From Acidobacteriota bacterium (GTDB lineage: Bacteria; Acidobacteriota; UBA6911; RPQK01; CBDAPI01), in assembly GCA_965205615.1 (NCBI GenBank), contig CBDBHK010000010.1:16088-80087 (forward strand): a stretch of DNA of 64,000 nt, written 5' to 3'. Positions 60,540-64,000 of this stretch are shown here, piece by piece. Numbering within the stretch: position 1 is the stretch's first letter; each line of letters opens with the position of its first letter. The notes beneath the pieces were generated by a model. That model saw only the letters and a program-made list of their open reading frames with translations. It was not told where the DNA came from and did not search any database. A program made the translations under genes and the position numbers.

Positions 60540-61811
60540 TCACGGGACGTAGTCAGCGAAGTTCCCGAAGGCTTCCGTTTTGTCCTGATAGCTGATCGGC
60601 TTCGGGTCCAGCCATCGGACGATCGTATCCTTGATGGAAAAGGCGAAGAAGTGATTTCCTGCGGGGTTGTAGTGGCCATGAAAGTACCGTCTCCGGTATT
60701 CCTGGAAAGAAAGATTGAAGAACTTGAAATCCTCGGCATGCTCTAGATTCATGTCGAAGTACAAGAAGTCGTTTTCTTCCAGGAAGTGAACGATTTCCTG
60801 GTCGTAACGGGTCCCCGATTCGATCAATTCCGGCATCACCCGATAGGGATCGAAAAGGACCACCAGCAGTTTCTTTCCCTTCCGCTCAGTGAATGCTCGA
60901 GCCCTCTTCAGAATGTACCTGGTAGCCGCGAAGCTGTAGCTGTCCAATATAGTGTTGACGGCCTCTTTTGGGTTCTCGCGATCAATCGGAGGTAGACGCA
61001 GCGCCTCCGCCAGGCGCTCGACTTCCGGCCAGTCGACGTCGCGGATCGCTCCCCCGGAAAACGAGAGCATCTGCAGCGCCAGGTCGTCTTTCAGGTTCTG
61101 GTACATCCAGTCGGGATCGATCATCCGATAGAGAGACTCCCGAGTCGGCAGTCGATTTGGCCTTTCCACGATCTGCCCGCTGTCGAGATCCATTTCGACA
61201 TTCGCCCAGAAGTTGCTGGAGAACATAGTCCCACCAGCATGGTCCGACCACTTGAAGACGGCAGCATGGCGACAGCGCAGCAGACTGCGAATATGGTCGT
61301 CTCCCCAGATGTAGAGAATGACGTATTCAGCACCCCGATCTGTCTGCTCTTCACGGAGCATGCGTCGGTAGGCCTGGTACACTCCGAAGCCGCCCACCCC
61401 GAAGTTTCGAATCGGTTCTCCCAGGTGGGCGGCCAGGTATTCCTGCCAGGTCTCTCCGTCGTTCACCTGCTGGGACTGGGTAAAACTGTTCCCGTAAGTA
61501 TTGATCCGCCCCTTCCTCTTTACATATAGGTGGGCAGTTCGGGCTCCATCTGGCTGAACCGTAGAAATCGTTGAACTGCCGTCAATTCCATCTCTGGGCA
61601 GGTAGTTTCCCAGGACATAGCCGACTTCGGGGTCGAACTGGGCCCAGGAGAGCTTCTTCGGGTCGAGGAAGGTATCCAGTACGTCTTTGGAGACGTTGCT
61701 TTCCCGTAGATACTCCTCGAAAGAGACAGCGTTCGATTCCTGAGCACTCACGGAGACCATGAGAAGCGGCAGGAATGCCCAAAACAGAAAGGCGCGTCTG
61801 ATTGCAGTCAT
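60540..61811 (-). CDS. secreted hypothetical protein (possible SGNH/GDSL-like hydrolase fold)
   Basis: Start at MTAIRRAFLFWAFLPLLMVSVSAQE (signal peptide). YIWGDDHIRS block. The ORF-track N-terminal 135 aa is likely spurious. Confidence 0.45.
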   Translation of the reverse strand: MTAIRRAFLFWAFLPLLMVSVSAQESNAVSFEEYLRESNVSKDVLDTFLDPKKLSWAQFDPEVGYVLGNYLPRDGIDGSSTISTVQPDGARTAHLYVKRKGRINTYGNSFTQSQQVNDGETWQEYLAAHLGEPIRNFGVGGFGVYQAYRRMLREEQTDRGAEYVILYIWGDDHIRSLLRCRHAAVFKWSDHAGGTMFSSNFWANVEMDLDSGQIVERPNRLPTRESLYRMIDPDWMYQNLKDDLALQMLSFSGGAIRDVDWPEVERLAEALRLPPIDRENPKEAVNTILDSYSFAATRYILKRARAFTERKGKKLLVVLFDPYRVMPELIESGTRYDQEIVHFLEENDFLYFDMNLEHAEDFKFFNLSFQEYRRRYFHGHYNPAGNHFFAFSIKDTIVRWLDPKPISYQDKTEAFGNFADYVP

Positions 61812-61924
61812 GACTCCTAACTCCGAGCGAAAGGATTTGGTTGTGAGTTGGACTATATCCCGGGGTAGAGAACCGGTCAAGAGGGCCCCCTGCAGGCCAG
61901 GGGCCACCCCTGGCATGACGAGAA

Positions 61925-62078
61925 AATTATGCCCAGATCCAGGGCGGACCGATCCTGGAGAATGACCGGGACGGTCGGTTTGACTACTTTGAAACCGCCC
62001 AGCAATATGGGATTCTACTAGAGCTCCTCGATATGCCGGAAGTGTATGGAAACCGCGACTACGAGTATCCCGAACAAT
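61925..62078 (+). pseudogene. C-terminal remnant of a VOC-family paralog of 57120-57641
   Basis: Translates AQIQGGPILENDRDGRFDYFETAQQYGILLELLDMPEVYGNRDYEYPEQ*, versus the intact AQIQGGPIYGGDRHGRFDYFEADREYGILLELLDMPEIYGQPQYVYPEE*. Confidence 0.6.
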
Positions 62079-63169
62079 GAAAAATAATTCGACCGCATTG
62101 ATCATCTCAACACTTTGTATTGTCCTTGCTGTCGTCCTGTTTCGGGGGAACGAGGAGGATGAATCTGAAACGAAGACAAACCATATCGTGTGCTTCATGC
62201 CCACGACTACCAACAACTACATCGCGGAGTGGGCCCGGGGCGCCGAAGAAGCGGCGAAAAAGCTCGGCTATGAATTGACTCGGTTTGAAAACGGCTTCAA
62301 GCAGGAGGAGCAGGACATACAAGTTCAGCAGCAGGTCGCGGCCAAGGGGAAGCCCGGCCTGCTACATCTGGTGGCCGACTGACAATGCGGGTGGGCTTGC
62401 CTCGTTGAAAGCCCTTGCCGATACGGGCGTCCCGGTAATCCAGGCAAACCAACTTCCTGTTTCCGGTCATGATGAGTTGTGGGTTGCCTATGCCGGTGTC
62501 GATGGCAAACTCAATGGCACGGTTTCCGGGGAGATGATGGTGGAGGCCCGGGACAAGCTGAAAGCACGCGGTCATCGGATGCATAGCCCCGGGGGGAACT
62601 GCCTGGTCATCACATTCCCCGTGGGCTATCAGTCCGGTGTAGACAGGGTCGAGGCATTCAAGGAAGCGATATCCGGATCGCAGATCCGAATCCTGGACCA
62701 GCAACCGGCCGGCTTCGATGAGACGGCCGGCTACGACATCGGAGCACAGATGATTGCAGCCAATCGGGCCGAGGGCATTGATTTGTTCTATGCAAACAAT
62801 GACGCGTTGGCGCTAGGGATGATTCACGCGCTGGAAGAGGCCGGCTACCATCCCGGAAAAGATGTCATGGTCGTCGGAGGCACCTGCCACGGAGACCTGA
62901 CCGCCCTGCGAGAGGGAAAACAGTATGCCACCGGGCTGCAGGCAGCTCTCCTCGAGGGGATGTTTACGGTTCAGACGGTTCACAAGTTCATCGTTTCCGG
63001 GAAGACGGAAGGGGAAGTGTATCGTGCGCCCGGTGACCCGGATTCGATACCGGAGGCAAAAGGCATTCCTGCACGATTTAATTTCATCCCAAATCCACCG
63101 GTGCGTTCGGACGAGATTGATACCACGAGGCTTTGGGGGTGCCGGTTTGACCAGTTGGCCACTTACTAA
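62077..63169 (+). pseudogene. periplasmic sugar-binding protein (RbsB/LacI-type SBP) split by a frameshift at ~62380
   Basis: ORF 62077..62382 (signal peptide, start of domain I) stops at TGA. Domain continues in the +1 frame (..NAGGLASLKALADTGVPVIQ..) to 63169. A single-base indel restores ...LVADDNAGG.... Confidence 0.6.
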
Positions 63170-63180
63170 CCAGAAACTTG

Positions 63181-64000
63181 ATGGTTAGTGATATTCAGAC
63201 AGCGCCGGAAAAGGTAAAAGCAAGCGACGGGCCATTGCTGGAAGCGTTGTCGATCTCGAAGTTCTTCGGCCCCGTCCAGGCGTTGCGAGATGTCGACTTC
63301 CAGGTAAGGACCGGGGAAGTTATGGCCCTCGTGGGAGAAAACGGGGCAGGTAAGAGTACCCTCGTCAAAATCCTCACCGGTCTTTACGCGCCCGACTCGG
63401 GCTCCATCCAAATTGCAGGCAGCACGGTCCAGATCCGGCAATCGGCAGATTCCCAAGCCCTGGGGATCGCGGTTGTTCAGCAGGAACTCAGTCTTGTTCC
63501 CACGATGTCGGTTGCGGAGAACGTTTTTCTTGGAGCGCGGCGATTCGGCATTGTGTATAACCCACGGAAACTGGAGCAGTTGGCCTCGCCCTATTTGGAA
63601 CGGGTCGGCCTTGAGCATCTCGATCCATCGATCCCAGTCGGAACGCTTTCCGTGGCCGAGAGGCATCTCATCGAAGTGGCTCGAGCCGTTTCGCGGGAGG
63701 CACGCATTCTGATCCTTGACGAACCCACCGCTTCCCTTGACGAGGGTGAAATAGAGAGGGTCAAGCGCGTCGTCCACTCCCTGGCCGAGCAGGGCAGGTC
63801 GGTGATCTATGTGACGCATCGTCTGCCCGAAGTATTCGATCTGGCCCATCGGGTGACCGTGTTGCGCAATGGTGAAAGTCAGCCCGGCATTCCCGTGTCG
63901 GAGCTTACTCCCGCGTCTTTGATCAAGCGGATGATCGGTCGTTCGCTCCGAAGAATGTATCCGCCCAAAGCGACCGACTTCGGGACGGAAGTTCTCGCTG
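63181..64000 (+). CDS. sugar ABC transporter ATP-binding protein (RbsA/MglA-like), 3' end beyond window
   Basis: Walker A GENGAGKST, signature LSVAERHLIEVARAV, Walker B ILILDEPT. Start of second ABC domain at window end. Confidence 0.75.
   Translation, partial: MVSDIQTAPEKVKASDGPLLEALSISKFFGPVQALRDVDFQVRTGEVMALVGENGAGKSTLVKILTGLYAPDSGSIQIAGSTVQIRQSADSQALGIAVVQQELSLVPTMSVAENVFLGARRFGIVYNPRKLEQLASPYLERVGLEHLDPSIPVGTLSVAERHLIEVARAVSREARILILDEPTASLDEGEIERVKRVVHSLAEQGRSVIYVTHRLPEVFDLAHRVTVLRNGESQPGIPVSELTPASLIKRMIGRSLRRMYPPKATDFGTEVLA

Overview
This is a high-GC (~60-62%) chromosomal segment from a Gram-negative soil-type bacterium. The gene content resembles Acidobacteriota: Flp/Tad pilus genes, giant duplicated FtsX permeases, TonB receptors, a tail-fibre-domain adhesin. 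That lineage call is an inference.

Core content, in order:
- a Flp pilin with a TadE fragment and a Crp/Fnr regulator
- tadA
- a WtpA/ModA-type tungstate/molybdate ABC transporter
- a Wzx-like flippase and erpA
- a MacB-like ABC exporter
- a sodium:solute symporter with a small coupled subunit
- a TonB receptor, a PQQ beta-propeller protein and an iron-type alcohol dehydrogenase
- an S4/Hsp15-like protein and hpt
- a periplasmic (TAT) xanthine-dehydrogenase/PaoABC-like Mo-enzyme operon in S-L-M order, with a tightly coupled 68-aa Cys-rich ORF and two secreted proteins
- hflKC and a MaoC dehydratase
- an ECF sigma / anti-sigma / CHAT-TPR operon
- coaD, an M23 peptidase and a DAG-kinase-like lipid kinase

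The window is rich in mobile and repetitive DNA:
- Three nearly identical copies of an IS1380-family insertion sequence, called IS-A here (~1.65 kb, 445-aa DDE transposase), each at a CTAG target.
- A related IS-B (1.74 kb, 471-aa transposase) butted directly against IS-A copy 3 and sharing one CTAG.
- IS-A copies 1 and 2 bracket a ~10 kb block in direct orientation. The block holds two paralogous zinc-ribbon membrane proteins, a threonine dehydratase, NhaC, ispG, a lipoprotein thermonuclease, egtD with only a C-terminal stump of egtB, and a low-GC lipoprotein gene.
- Two families of short dispersed palindromic repeats occur at several loci, partly next to IS ends.
- A large secreted protein carries 3 x 288-bp tandem repeats, Hep_Hag repeats and a C-terminal S74 intramolecular-chaperone (tail-fibre) domain.
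- The last 10 kb shows gene decay: a pdxA stump, a frameshifted gluconolactonase, a VOC-protein stump, a frameshifted sugar-binding protein, and a low-GC foreign ORF.

No rRNA, tRNA or CRISPR array was recognised.
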